Assembly: GCA_050692375.1 (NCBI GenBank)
Contig: JBOGVK010000243.1
Span: 1 to 51,051, forward strand
Reading direction: 5' to 3'
Length of the DNA stretch: 51,051 nucleotides
From: Actinomycetota bacterium
Lineage (GTDB): Bacteria > Actinomycetota > UBA4738 > HRBIN12
The notes beneath the pieces were generated by a model. The model saw only the letters and a list, made by a program, of their open reading frames with translations. It ran no database searches and had not been told where the DNA came from. The translations under genes and the position numbers were made by a program. Positions 8,754 through 16,734 of this stretch are shown here, in pieces. Within the stretch, counting starts at the first letter, position 1; every line of letters starts with the position of its first letter.

Positions 8754-10177
8754 CTTGCTGCGGATCGAAGGCGAGCGACCGTGGCCTCGCGCCCGAGGAG
8801 CTCCAACGACTCCGGCAGCGGTGGCGAAACGTTCGATCCGGTCGCGGCAGCCCGCACCGGTTGCCAGCCCTTCGTGCGGTTGAGGTCCGCGGAGGCGGCG
8901 AGCTCATCCAGCGCCGCCAGGATCGTGTCATGGGTCCACGGGTCGAGCACGGAGAACGCATCGGCCGCCCGCGAGAGATACCCATCGGGCGCCTCCTCGA
9001 TCAACGCCGCGGCCTTGTCGTTCGGCTCGACGTCGTCGCTGAACAGGAACCGCAGGAGCTCGACCGACTCGGTGAGCGTCTTCATGCGCTCGCGGACGAT
9101 CGGCATGGCGGCGCGCAACGTGACCGGATCCGGAAGCAGCCCCGCGCCCGCCAGGAAATGCATGCACCGCGCCGCAAGCTCGTCGTCGTCGAGTGACTGG
9201 ATGTAGTGGTTGTTCATCCACTCGAGCTTCTGCGTGTCGAACGCCGCGGGATTGCTCGATACCCGAGACAGGTCGAACGCTGCGATCAGCTCGTCTCGCG
9301 ACAGGAAGGTCGTCGACTCGTCCTTCGACCAGCCGAGGAGCGCGAGGTAGTTCATCAGCGACTCGGGCAGGAAGCCCAGCTCGCGGAAAGCTTCGACCGA
9401 GGTGGATCCGTGTCGCTTCGACAACGGCTTGCCATCCATGTCGAAGACCTGCGGCAGGTGGGCGTAGACGGGAGCGGTTCCACCGAGCGCCTCGATCACC
9501 GCGGCGTTCCGCGGTGCGCTCGCCAGCAGATCGTCGCCGCGCACGACGTGGGTGATGCCCATGAGCATGTCGTCGACGGCAACCGCCAGCAGGAACACCG
9601 GCGTGCCATCGGAACGAACCAGAACGAAGTCTCGGAGCTGCCCGGCCGGGAAACGCACCTCGCCCTTCACCAGGTCGTGCACGACCCACTCGCGATCCGG
9701 CATCGCGAACCGGATCGCGAACGGTCGTCCCTCCGCTTCGAACGCCGCACGCTCGTCGGTCGTCAACGTGCGACAGCGGCCGTCGTACCCCTGCGACTCG
9801 TTGTGGGCGGTCGCGAACTTCCGGCGCTCCTCCAACTCCTCGGCCGTGCAGTAGCAGCGATAGCCGTTCCCGTCCGCGACCAGCCGGTCGACGTGCTCCC
9901 GGTAGACCTCGCCGCGCTGCGACTGCCGGTAGGGCGCGTGGGGACCGCCGACGTCGGGGCCCTCGTCCCAATCCAAGCCGAGCCAATGGAGCGAATCCAC
10001 GACGCCGTGGAACGCCTCCTCGCTCACGCGGCTGGTGTCCGTATCCTCGACCCGGAGCACGAACGCCCCACCGTGATGCCGCGCGAACAACCAGCTGAAG
10101 AGCGCGGATCGCGCGTTGCCGACGTGGATCGAACCGCTCGGCGCGGGCGCGAACCGGCAGCGGACGGCGTCTCCCAC
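8750..10177 (-). CDS. gltX: glutamate--tRNA ligase
   Basis: RFAPAPSGSIHVGNARSALF is the class I HIGH motif. LSKRHGS is KMSKS-like. Length of 475 aa is consistent. GTG start 1 nt after the upstream FAH-family stop. Confidence 0.95.
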   Translation of the reverse strand: MGDAVRCRFAPAPSGSIHVGNARSALFSWLFARHHGGAFVLRVEDTDTSRVSEEAFHGVVDSLHWLGLDWDEGPDVGGPHAPYRQSQRGEVYREHVDRLVADGNGYRCYCTAEELEERRKFATAHNESQGYDGRCRTLTTDERAAFEAEGRPFAIRFAMPDREWVVHDLVKGEVRFPAGQLRDFVLVRSDGTPVFLLAVAVDDMLMGITHVVRGDDLLASAPRNAAVIEALGGTAPVYAHLPQVFDMDGKPLSKRHGSTSVEAFRELGFLPESLMNYLALLGWSKDESTTFLSRDELIAAFDLSRVSSNPAAFDTQKLEWMNNHYIQSLDDDELAARCMHFLAGAGLLPDPVTLRAAMPIVRERMKTLTESVELLRFLFSDDVEPNDKAAALIEEAPDGYLSRAADAFSVLDPWTHDTILAALDELAASADLNRTKGWQPVRAAATGSNVSPPLPESLELLGREATVARLRSAAR

Positions 10178-10178
10178 G

Positions 10179-10940
10179 TCAGGACACCACGGGATTCTGG
10201 AGTGCCCCGATACCGTCGACCTCGACCTCGACGACGTCGCCCTTCGCCAGCCGGCCCACGCCTTCGGGCGTTCCGGTCAGCAACACGTCGCCCGGCAGCA
10301 GCGTCATGAACTCGGTGATGTACTCGATCAGCTCGGCCACGCCGAACACCATGTCCGAGGTCTGCGCGGCCTGACGGATCTCGCCGTTCAATCGCGTCTC
10401 GATCCGGATGTCGTTCGGGTCGAGCACGGTCTCGACCCACGGTCCGAGCGGACACGAGCCGTCGAACCCCTTCGCGCGCGCCCACTGGTCGTTCGTGTGC
10501 TGGAGGTCGCGGAGCGTCACGTCGTTCGCGCACGTGTAGCCCAGGATGTACTTGAAGGCGTCCTCGGCGCGCACGTTGCGCGCGAGCCGGCCGATCACGA
10601 CCGCGAGCTCCCCCTCGTAGTCGACACGCGTGCTGATCGGCAAGAGTTGGATCGGGTCACCGGGGCCGATCACGGCGGTCGATGGCTTGAGGAAGAGCAG
10701 CGGCTCCTCGGGCACCTCCATCCCGAACTCGGCCGCGTGCGCGGCGTAGTTCTTCCCGACGCACACGAGCTTGGACGGGAGCACCGGCGCCAGCAACCGC
10801 ACGTCGTCGAGCGGCACCTGCTCCCCCGTCGGGATCGGGTCCTCGAAGAACGTTCCCTGCAGGATCCGGATGTCCTGGGAGCCGTCGTCGATCGCGCCCG
10901 TCGCGATGCGATCCCCGAAGCGGAACCGGACGAGCCTCAT
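10179..10940 (-). CDS. fumarylacetoacetate hydrolase (FAH) family protein
   Basis: ORF 10179..11654 trimmed to the ATG at 10940 (MRLVRFRF...), which overlaps the stop of the upstream gene (ATGA). [27 protein letters not shown] and [10 protein letters not shown] are FAH/HpaG-type motifs. Confidence 0.85.
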   Translation of the reverse strand: MRLVRFRFGDRIATGAIDDGSQDIRILQGTFFEDPIPTGEQVPLDDVRLLAPVLPSKLVCVGKNYAAHAAEFGMEVPEEPLLFLKPSTAVIGPGDPIQLLPISTRVDYEGELAVVIGRLARNVRAEDAFKYILGYTCANDVTLRDLQHTNDQWARAKGFDGSCPLGPWVETVLDPNDIRIETRLNGEIRQAAQTSDMVFGVAELIEYITEFMTLLPGDVLLTGTPEGVGRLAKGDVVEVEVDGIGALQNPVVS

Positions 10941-11725
10941 GTGAGCTTGGTACCGCCGCTGAACGTCGCGCCGACCTGTCGCCAGTATCCTGCGATCATC
11001 TCGTACGGCTGGAGCGCCGCGAGCTCGTCCCCCGGCGCCTCGAACAGCTCCACCGTCGGTATGCCGGCGTAGACGGGGCCGAGGTCGACGTCCTGCGATC
11101 GCATCGTGACGAGCTCGTTCAGCGCGTCGGGCTGCGATGGGTCGATCGAGGGCATGAACCGCGAGTGGAGCATGGGCAGCGCGTTCACGAAGCCTCCGCT
11201 CACCGAAGTGCCGATGAGCGTGAGCGATGCCTCTGCGAGCCGTCGGTCGTTCGCCTGCAACGTGGCGCCGAATCGCCCGCCGGCCTCGAGCCGCGGTCCG
11301 CCCTTCCCCACCGTGACCGGCCGGGTCATCCAGATAGAACCCAGCTTCTTCGGATACCCTTGGTACCAACCCCGCGCGAGCGCGAAGTCCTTGTCCACCC
11401 AGATGTAGACGCAGCGCGAATAGTGCTCGTCCCCCCACTTGCAGCGCACGACCACGAAGCACTCCTTGTATTGCGATCGCACGGGATCCAGGAGCTCCCT
11501 CCCGCTCTCGCTGCAGGATTGCCAATCCGCCCAGATGATCGCGACGGCTCCCGGATCGTCGTCGGCCAGCTGGACGCCGTCGGGCAACAGCGCCGCGACC
11601 TTCGCGGGTTCGGCCCGGTATTCGATCGTGAGCACGTCGCCCGAGTAGTGCCAAGGAGGGGCCGGCACGATCGACGCCCGCCCCTCCGGCGTTCGGGGAA
11701 CCATGAACCCCTTCAGCTCCGACAT
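10937..11725 (-). CDS. acetoacetate decarboxylase (ADC) family protein
   Basis: 262 aa. The N-terminal ...[16 protein letters not shown]... and the size match the ADC-like beta-cone family as I recall it. The catalytic Lys was not verified. Confidence 0.75.
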   Translation of the reverse strand: MSELKGFMVPRTPEGRASIVPAPPWHYSGDVLTIEYRAEPAKVAALLPDGVQLADDDPGAVAIIWADWQSCSESGRELLDPVRSQYKECFVVVRCKWGDEHYSRCVYIWVDKDFALARGWYQGYPKKLGSIWMTRPVTVGKGGPRLEAGGRFGATLQANDRRLAEASLTLIGTSVSGGFVNALPMLHSRFMPSIDPSQPDALNELVTMRSQDVDLGPVYAGIPTVELFEAPGDELAALQPYEMIAGYWRQVGATFSGGTKLT

Positions 11726-11748
11726 CGCGCGCCTATCCTAGCGACCGC

Positions 11749-12600
11749 ATGGAGACCCGACGGATCCTGATCGACGGCGAGACGGTCACCGTTACGCGCG
11801 ACGGCGACGAGCTGGTGGCCCCGGACGGCCGCCGTATGGGCCTCGACGAAGCGCGGCACCTGCCTCCGGTGGAACCCTCGAAGATCGTCTGCGTTCACCT
11901 GAACTACGAGAGCCGGCGCGCGGAATTCGGCATCAAGCTCGGCGCCGCTCCTACGTACTTCCACAAGCCGATCACGGCGCTGAACGCGCACGGCGGCGAG
12001 GTCGTTCGCCCCCCTCGGTGCAAGTACCTCAACTACGAGGGCGAGATCGCGATCGTCATCGGCTCCGAGACCACGCACATCTCGCCCGAAGAGGCCGCCG
12101 GCCACATCCTCGGCTACACGGTCGCGAACGACTACGGGCTGCACGACTTCCGCGACACGGACGCCGGATCGATGCTCCGGGTGAAGGGTTCCGACACGCT
12201 CTGTCCCCTAGGCCCGGGCCTCGTCGCCGACTGGGACTTCCACGCAAGGCACATCCAGACGCGCGTGAATGGCGACGTGGTCCAGGACGGGAACACCGAC
12301 GAGATGATCTGGGACATGCACTATCTGGTGGCGGACATCGCGCGCACCATCACGCTGCGCCCCGGCGATGTCCTCCTGTCCGGCACGCCGGCGAACTCAC
12401 GCCCCGTGCAGCCGGGGGACGTCGTAGAGGTCGAGGTCGATGGGCTCGGCACACTCCGGAACCCGATCGTCGAGGGCTCGGTGCCGGTCCTCGAGGACGT
12501 CGGCGCGCAGCCGAGTGAGTCCGAAGAGGTCATCTCGACCGCGTTCGGCGGCGATTGGGAGTTCCGGGGGATCCGACCGCCGCGCCGGGATCAGCCATGA
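11749..12600 (+). CDS. fumarylacetoacetate hydrolase (FAH) family protein
   Basis: KIVCVHLNYESRRAEFG, LNYEGEIAIVIG and LLSGTPANS are FAH/HpaG-like motifs. It is a paralog of 10179..10940. Confidence 0.85.
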   Translation: METRRILIDGETVTVTRDGDELVAPDGRRMGLDEARHLPPVEPSKIVCVHLNYESRRAEFGIKLGAAPTYFHKPITALNAHGGEVVRPPRCKYLNYEGEIAIVIGSETTHISPEEAAGHILGYTVANDYGLHDFRDTDAGSMLRVKGSDTLCPLGPGLVADWDFHARHIQTRVNGDVVQDGNTDEMIWDMHYLVADIARTITLRPGDVLLSGTPANSRPVQPGDVVEVEVDGLGTLRNPIVEGSVPVLEDVGAQPSESEEVISTAFGGDWEFRGIRPPRRDQP

Positions 12601-13268
12601 TGCCGCGCGAACTCGACACCTGGTGGATGGTCGCCAACGGCACGATCGGCTCGATCGCGCGAGCGTCGTTCAAGCTCAGGGTCTCGGGCGCGCAGCACAT
12701 CCCGCGAAGCGGTGGCGCGCTCCTCGCGTACAACCACGTGAGCGTGATCGATGCGATCTTCGTGGCCATCCCCGTGTTGCGGAAGGACCGGATCGTCCGG
12801 TGCTTCGCGCTCTCCGAGGACTTCGAGCGGCCGATGATGGGCCGGGCTCTCCACGGGCTTCGACAGATCCCGATCCGTCGCGGCGCGGGCGCATGGGATC
12901 CGCTCGAGGAGATGGCGGCTCTCATCCGTGACGGCTGGCTCGGTGGGATCGCTCCCGAGGGCACGGTGGGAACCGGCGAGGAGCTCCTTCCGATCCAGAA
13001 GGGACCCGCCCGGATCGCGCTCTTGGCCGGATGCCCCGTGATCCCCGTGGGGTTGTGGGGGCCGCAGCGACGCTACCCGAAGGCCGGCCTCCACTTCGAG
13101 CCCCCCTACCGCCCGGCCGTCGGGATCGCCTTCGGCCCGCCGATCCTGGCCGACGGCGACGCGAAACATCGACCCGACGTGCAGTCGCTCACGGACCGGT
13201 TGGGCGAGGCGCTCTGCGGACAGGTGGAGGTAGCGCGCCGGCTGGCGCCTGATCGACCGGTGGCTTAG
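12597..13268 (+). CDS. lysophospholipid / 1-acyl-sn-glycerol-3-phosphate acyltransferase family (PlsC-like)
   Basis: ORF 12555..13268 trimmed to ATG 12597, which overlaps the FAH stop (ATGA). NHVSVIDA is the HX4D acyltransferase motif; IAPEGT is block III. Confidence 0.8.
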   Translation: MMPRELDTWWMVANGTIGSIARASFKLRVSGAQHIPRSGGALLAYNHVSVIDAIFVAIPVLRKDRIVRCFALSEDFERPMMGRALHGLRQIPIRRGAGAWDPLEEMAALIRDGWLGGIAPEGTVGTGEELLPIQKGPARIALLAGCPVIPVGLWGPQRRYPKAGLHFEPPYRPAVGIAFGPPILADGDAKHRPDVQSLTDRLGEALCGQVEVARRLAPDRPVA

Positions 13269-13933
13269 CCGCCCGATCCGTTGAGGAATCGATCGACCAG
13301 CGCCGCGGCGCGCACTTTGGCCTCCGGCTCGCGTTTACGCGTCTCCTCCAGAACATCTGCTTGATCGATGCCGGCGCGACGGAAGTCCTCGTCGCTGTGC
13401 GCGAGCCAGTTCTCGATCATCTCGGGCGTCGCCTCCGGGTGGAACTGCACGCAGATGTGCGGTCCCATCGTGAACGCCTGCACGCCGACCGGCGTGCTTG
13501 CCACGGCCGTCGCGCCCGGCGGCAGATCGAAGGTGTCCCCGTGCCACATGAACCACGGTCCTTCAGGAACAGTCTTCGGGTCGGTCGTCTGCACCGTTCG
13601 CCAGCCGACCTCATGGTCATCGGCCTGCCGCGCGCGTCCGCCCATCGCCTGCGCGAACGCTTGGGCGCCGAAGCAGATCCCCAGGATCGGGACGTCCCGA
13701 GCCACCGCGTCCCGGATAGCTTCGAGGGCGTCCTCGATCCACGGCGCGACCTCGTCGCCGTAGACCGACCACGGCGCGCCCATCACGATCATGGCGTCGA
13801 ACCCGTCGAGGGATCGCTGCGTGTGATCTTCCGACAGCACATGATCGACCAGCTCCGCACCGCGTTCGACCATCGCATCGCCCACATGACCGCCGAGCGA
13901 GAGCGGATGCGGCTTCAGGACGAGGACCCTCAT
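13265..13933 (-). CDS. class I glutamine amidotransferase-like protein (GATase1 fold)
   Basis: Trimmed to the ATG at 13933 (MRVLVLK...; GGGGAG about 11 nt upstream). ILGICFGAQ is the nucleophile-elbow Cys and QFHPE is the His/Glu region. No fused synthase domain. Confidence 0.8.
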   Translation of the reverse strand: MRVLVLKPHPLSLGGHVGDAMVERGAELVDHVLSEDHTQRSLDGFDAMIVMGAPWSVYGDEVAPWIEDALEAIRDAVARDVPILGICFGAQAFAQAMGGRARQADDHEVGWRTVQTTDPKTVPEGPWFMWHGDTFDLPPGATAVASTPVGVQAFTMGPHICVQFHPEATPEMIENWLAHSDEDFRRAGIDQADVLEETRKREPEAKVRAAALVDRFLNGSGG

Positions 13934-13953
13934 GTCAGACCTAACTCCCCGCA

Positions 13954-14286
13954 CTACGCAAACAGATTGGAGAAGTAGGCGACCCAGATGACAAGGGCTG
14001 CTCCCATTGAGATCGCCATGATGACGACAACGTGGACTGCGAGCCAGCGGCGACTGAGCCCCGAGTCTTGTCGTCGGAACAGCAACACGAAGAGCGAAGC
14101 ACCGACGAGTAGAACGAGGAGGATAGTTCCGAGAACCGTCAAGAGTGGGGCCGCTCGAAACGCCAAGCCGAGCACGAGCGAACCCAGCCCAACGACAACA
14201 GAGCCCCCGATCTCAATGAGCCAACCTTGTTTGTAGTCATCCACGCCGCAAACCCATCTGAGCATGTCGAAGGACGATCCGATCAT
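13954..14286 (-). CDS. small integral membrane protein (110 aa, about 3 TM) of unknown function
   Basis: ORF 13954..14577 trimmed to the ATG at 14286, which overlaps the stop of the upstream MetE-like gene (ATGA at 14283..14286). The sequence after MIGSSFDMLRWVCGVDDYKQGW is three hydrophobic stretches. Confidence 0.6.
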   Translation of the reverse strand: MIGSSFDMLRWVCGVDDYKQGWLIEIGGSVVVGLGSLVLGLAFRAAPLLTVLGTILLVLLVGASLFVLLFRRQDSGLSRRWLAVHVVVIMAISMGAALVIWVAYFSNLFA

Positions 14287-15431
14287 CGAGTCCCCCAGAG
14301 GCGATCCGCGACTCGTCCGACCAGCTCGAGCTTTCGCCACTGGACGTCTTCGTCGGTTTCGTTGCCGATCATCACGCTCGCGAAGCCGCATTGCGGACTG
14401 ATGGCCAGCCGTTCCATCCCGCCGGCGATCTTCGCGGCCTCTTCCAAGCGACGTATCAGGTCCTCCTCGTTTTCCAGCTCGCGGATCTTCGACGACACGA
14501 TGCCCATCACCATGACCGAACCGCTGCGAAGGAACCGAACGGGCTCGAACCCGCCGTCGCGGCCTTGGTCGTCCCATTCCACGAGGAAGGCGTCGTACGG
14601 CAGCTCGCCGAAGATCCGCTCCGCGATCGGCTCAAGCGAGCCCTCGCACATCCACGACGAGCGGAAGTTGCCGCGGCAGATGTGCAAACCGACCGTGACG
14701 TCGTCGGGGATCCCCTGAAGCACGGCGGTGTCGGCGGCGATCGCCTTCTCGACGAGGCCGGACACCCCGTGACCCGCGGCCTCGAACCGCTCGATCCAAG
14801 CCGGATCCACCAGGTTCGGGTAGAGCGGGAAGTCGAATTGGATGTATCTGGCACCGGCCCCGATCGCGTCGGCCACCAAGCCGCGCTCGATCTGGATCGC
14901 GTGCTCCACGAAGGCATCGACGTCCTCGTATCCGCTCCCGTCGGGACCGGTCACCGTGGTGAGCGGGTGCGTGAAGAGCGAGGCCGCCGGGAAGGTCACC
15001 TTGAACGGATGGCCGCCGGACGCCTCGGACATGAACGCGGCCTCCCGCGCCGCCGGTGAGTCGATCGGGCGCAGCCGACCCACGATCTCGTGAACATTCA
15101 GGAGCATGGTTTCGCCTCGAGCATTGCGGAATGCGTCGATCGTCTTGCCGGTCCGCACACCTTCAACCGCGTCGTAGAACGAGTTCAGATACATCCACCG
15201 GCGGAACTCCCCATCGGTCACCACGTCGAGCCCGCAGTCGATCTGCCGCTGGACCGCCGCGAGGATCGCGTCGTCCTCCCGCGTTCGCAGCTCGCCGCGA
15301 TCTTTGGCACGCTCCTCCTCGAGGACAGCCGAGTGACCGGGTTCGTAGAAGGCCTCCATAGCAGCCTTGAGCGCAGGTGGACGGAGCAGGCTCCCGACCG
15401 TTTCGGCCCGTGCCGGACGGCGTCCGGTCAC
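14283..15431 (-). CDS. cobalamin-independent methionine synthase (MetE) C-terminal-domain-like Zn methyltransferase
   Basis: ORF 14283..15578 trimmed to the GTG at 15431 ([18 protein letters not shown]...; GTGA overlap with the P450 stop). The VGSLLRP start, GLHICRGNF (His/Cys) and AISPQCGF (Cys) match the single-domain MetE-like family's Zn ligands as I recall them. Confidence 0.8.
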   Translation of the reverse strand: MTGRRPARAETVGSLLRPPALKAAMEAFYEPGHSAVLEEERAKDRGELRTREDDAILAAVQRQIDCGLDVVTDGEFRRWMYLNSFYDAVEGVRTGKTIDAFRNARGETMLLNVHEIVGRLRPIDSPAAREAAFMSEASGGHPFKVTFPAASLFTHPLTTVTGPDGSGYEDVDAFVEHAIQIERGLVADAIGAGARYIQFDFPLYPNLVDPAWIERFEAAGHGVSGLVEKAIAADTAVLQGIPDDVTVGLHICRGNFRSSWMCEGSLEPIAERIFGELPYDAFLVEWDDQGRDGGFEPVRFLRSGSVMVMGIVSSKIRELENEEDLIRRLEEAAKIAGGMERLAISPQCGFASVMIGNETDEDVQWRKLELVGRVADRLWGTR

Positions 15432-16606
15432 GCGGCGTCCCACCTTACCCACGTGGAATCGGGCGCTCGGAACTCCCAGCCGGACAGGGTCACCGGCCGG
15501 TCGGGATCGAGTCGCAGGTTCGGCAGGCGGTCGATCAGGATGTCGAGCGAGACGCGCGCGAGATGCCGTCCGAACCACGCTCCCAGGCAGAAATGGCTCC
15601 CGATCGCGAACGCGAGGTGCGCGCCCTCCTTGCGGTGGATGTCGAACCGGTCCGGATCGGTGAAGCGTCGCGGATCGCGGTTCGCCGACGACAGGACGGC
15701 TCCGATCAACGCACCCTGCTCCAACGAGACGCCGGCCAGCTCGGTCACCCGCGTCGTCTGCCGGGTCGACGTGCCCACCGGGCCTGCCCAGCGCAGCGTC
15801 TCTTCCACCGCGGCCTTTGCCAACGAGCGATCGCCGCGCACCTCATCGAGCTGCGACCGATTCGAGCCAAGCGCCCATACCGTGAGCGCGATCAAGTCGC
15901 GAGGCTCCTGCAATCCGCCGGACAACATCAGCTTGGTGTTCGCGACGATCTCTTCGTGCGTCATCCGGTCGCCACCGGCGTCGTGGTGAAGCATCCACGA
16001 CAGCACCGAACCGTCGGGCTCGTCGCGCAGCCGTTCCATGACCCGCTCGATCGCGTGACCCAACCCGGCACTCGCCTCATCGGCCGGCGCTTGCTTCTCG
16101 GCATCGCCTTCGAAGTTCGCCAGGCCGGGCATCATCCCCTCGTTCCAATGCAAGAGATCCTGCCAGGGCACCTCGTCCAGCCCGAGCATGAACTGGAGCG
16201 ACCGAACCGACATGGGGTCGGCGTACTCGGTGAAGAGGTCGACCTCTCCTCGGTCGATGAACCCGTCGACGAGCTCATGGGCGAGCTTCGGGATCATCCC
16301 CTGCGTCCGTTCCTCCACATCGCGAGGCCGGAAAGGGATCTCGGTGATGCGCCGGACGCGTTCTTGATCGGCCCCTTCCGAGCCGAGCATGTTCTTGCCC
16401 ATGGTCCGGTTCAGCGTGGACGGATCGGTCTCCCCGGTGAACACCTCGGGTGAGAGGTCGACCGCTCGGACATCGTCGTGGCGGGTCACCAGCCAGAGTT
16501 GCACCGCGGGAACCCAGGAGACCGGCTCCTCGTCGCGCAGCCGCGCATAGATCGGATAGGGATCGCGCTCCAGCTCCTCGAGCGTGATCGACTCGCCGAA
16601 CGTCAC
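15428..16606 (-). CDS. cytochrome P450
   Basis: 392 aa. EETLRW is the EXXR motif and FAIGSHFCLGAWFG is the heme-thiolate loop FxxGxHxCxG. GTG start preceded by GGGAGGGG. Confidence 0.9.
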   Translation of the reverse strand: MTFGESITLEELERDPYPIYARLRDEEPVSWVPAVQLWLVTRHDDVRAVDLSPEVFTGETDPSTLNRTMGKNMLGSEGADQERVRRITEIPFRPRDVEERTQGMIPKLAHELVDGFIDRGEVDLFTEYADPMSVRSLQFMLGLDEVPWQDLLHWNEGMMPGLANFEGDAEKQAPADEASAGLGHAIERVMERLRDEPDGSVLSWMLHHDAGGDRMTHEEIVANTKLMLSGGLQEPRDLIALTVWALGSNRSQLDEVRGDRSLAKAAVEETLRWAGPVGTSTRQTTRVTELAGVSLEQGALIGAVLSSANRDPRRFTDPDRFDIHRKEGAHLAFAIGSHFCLGAWFGRHLARVSLDILIDRLPNLRLDPDRPVTLSGWEFRAPDSTWVRWDAA

Positions 16607-16640
16607 AGGATCCCCTCCCGTGGGGGCGCGCGGATGGGGT

Positions 16641-16670
16641 ATTTTGGGCCCGAACTATCGGGGTGTGCAA
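16641..16670 (-). promoter_or_regulatory. candidate promoter for the P450 / MetE-like operon
   Basis: The minus strand reads TTGCAC (16670..16665), an 18-nt spacer, then CAAAAT (16646..16641), in the only AT-rich patch of the 128-bp divergent intergenic region. Confidence 0.3.
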
Positions 16671-16734
16671 GGCGAGGATCGCGGGCTATCGTCCGCACGG
16701 TCATCCAGCGTTCGTTCCATGGCGAGGAGGCTCG

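Noticed and set aside
10941-11654. N-terminal 237-aa extension of the FAH ORF (track start 11654); similar long N-terminal extensions occur on many other track ORFs (for example 14283..15578, 18938..19894, 21732..22880, 27260..28900, 46496..48202, 47186..50872)
   Set aside because: The extensions overlap well-supported upstream genes in other frames and are low-complexity. Internal starts with an RBS or 4-nt stop/start overlaps reproduce canonical family N-termini.
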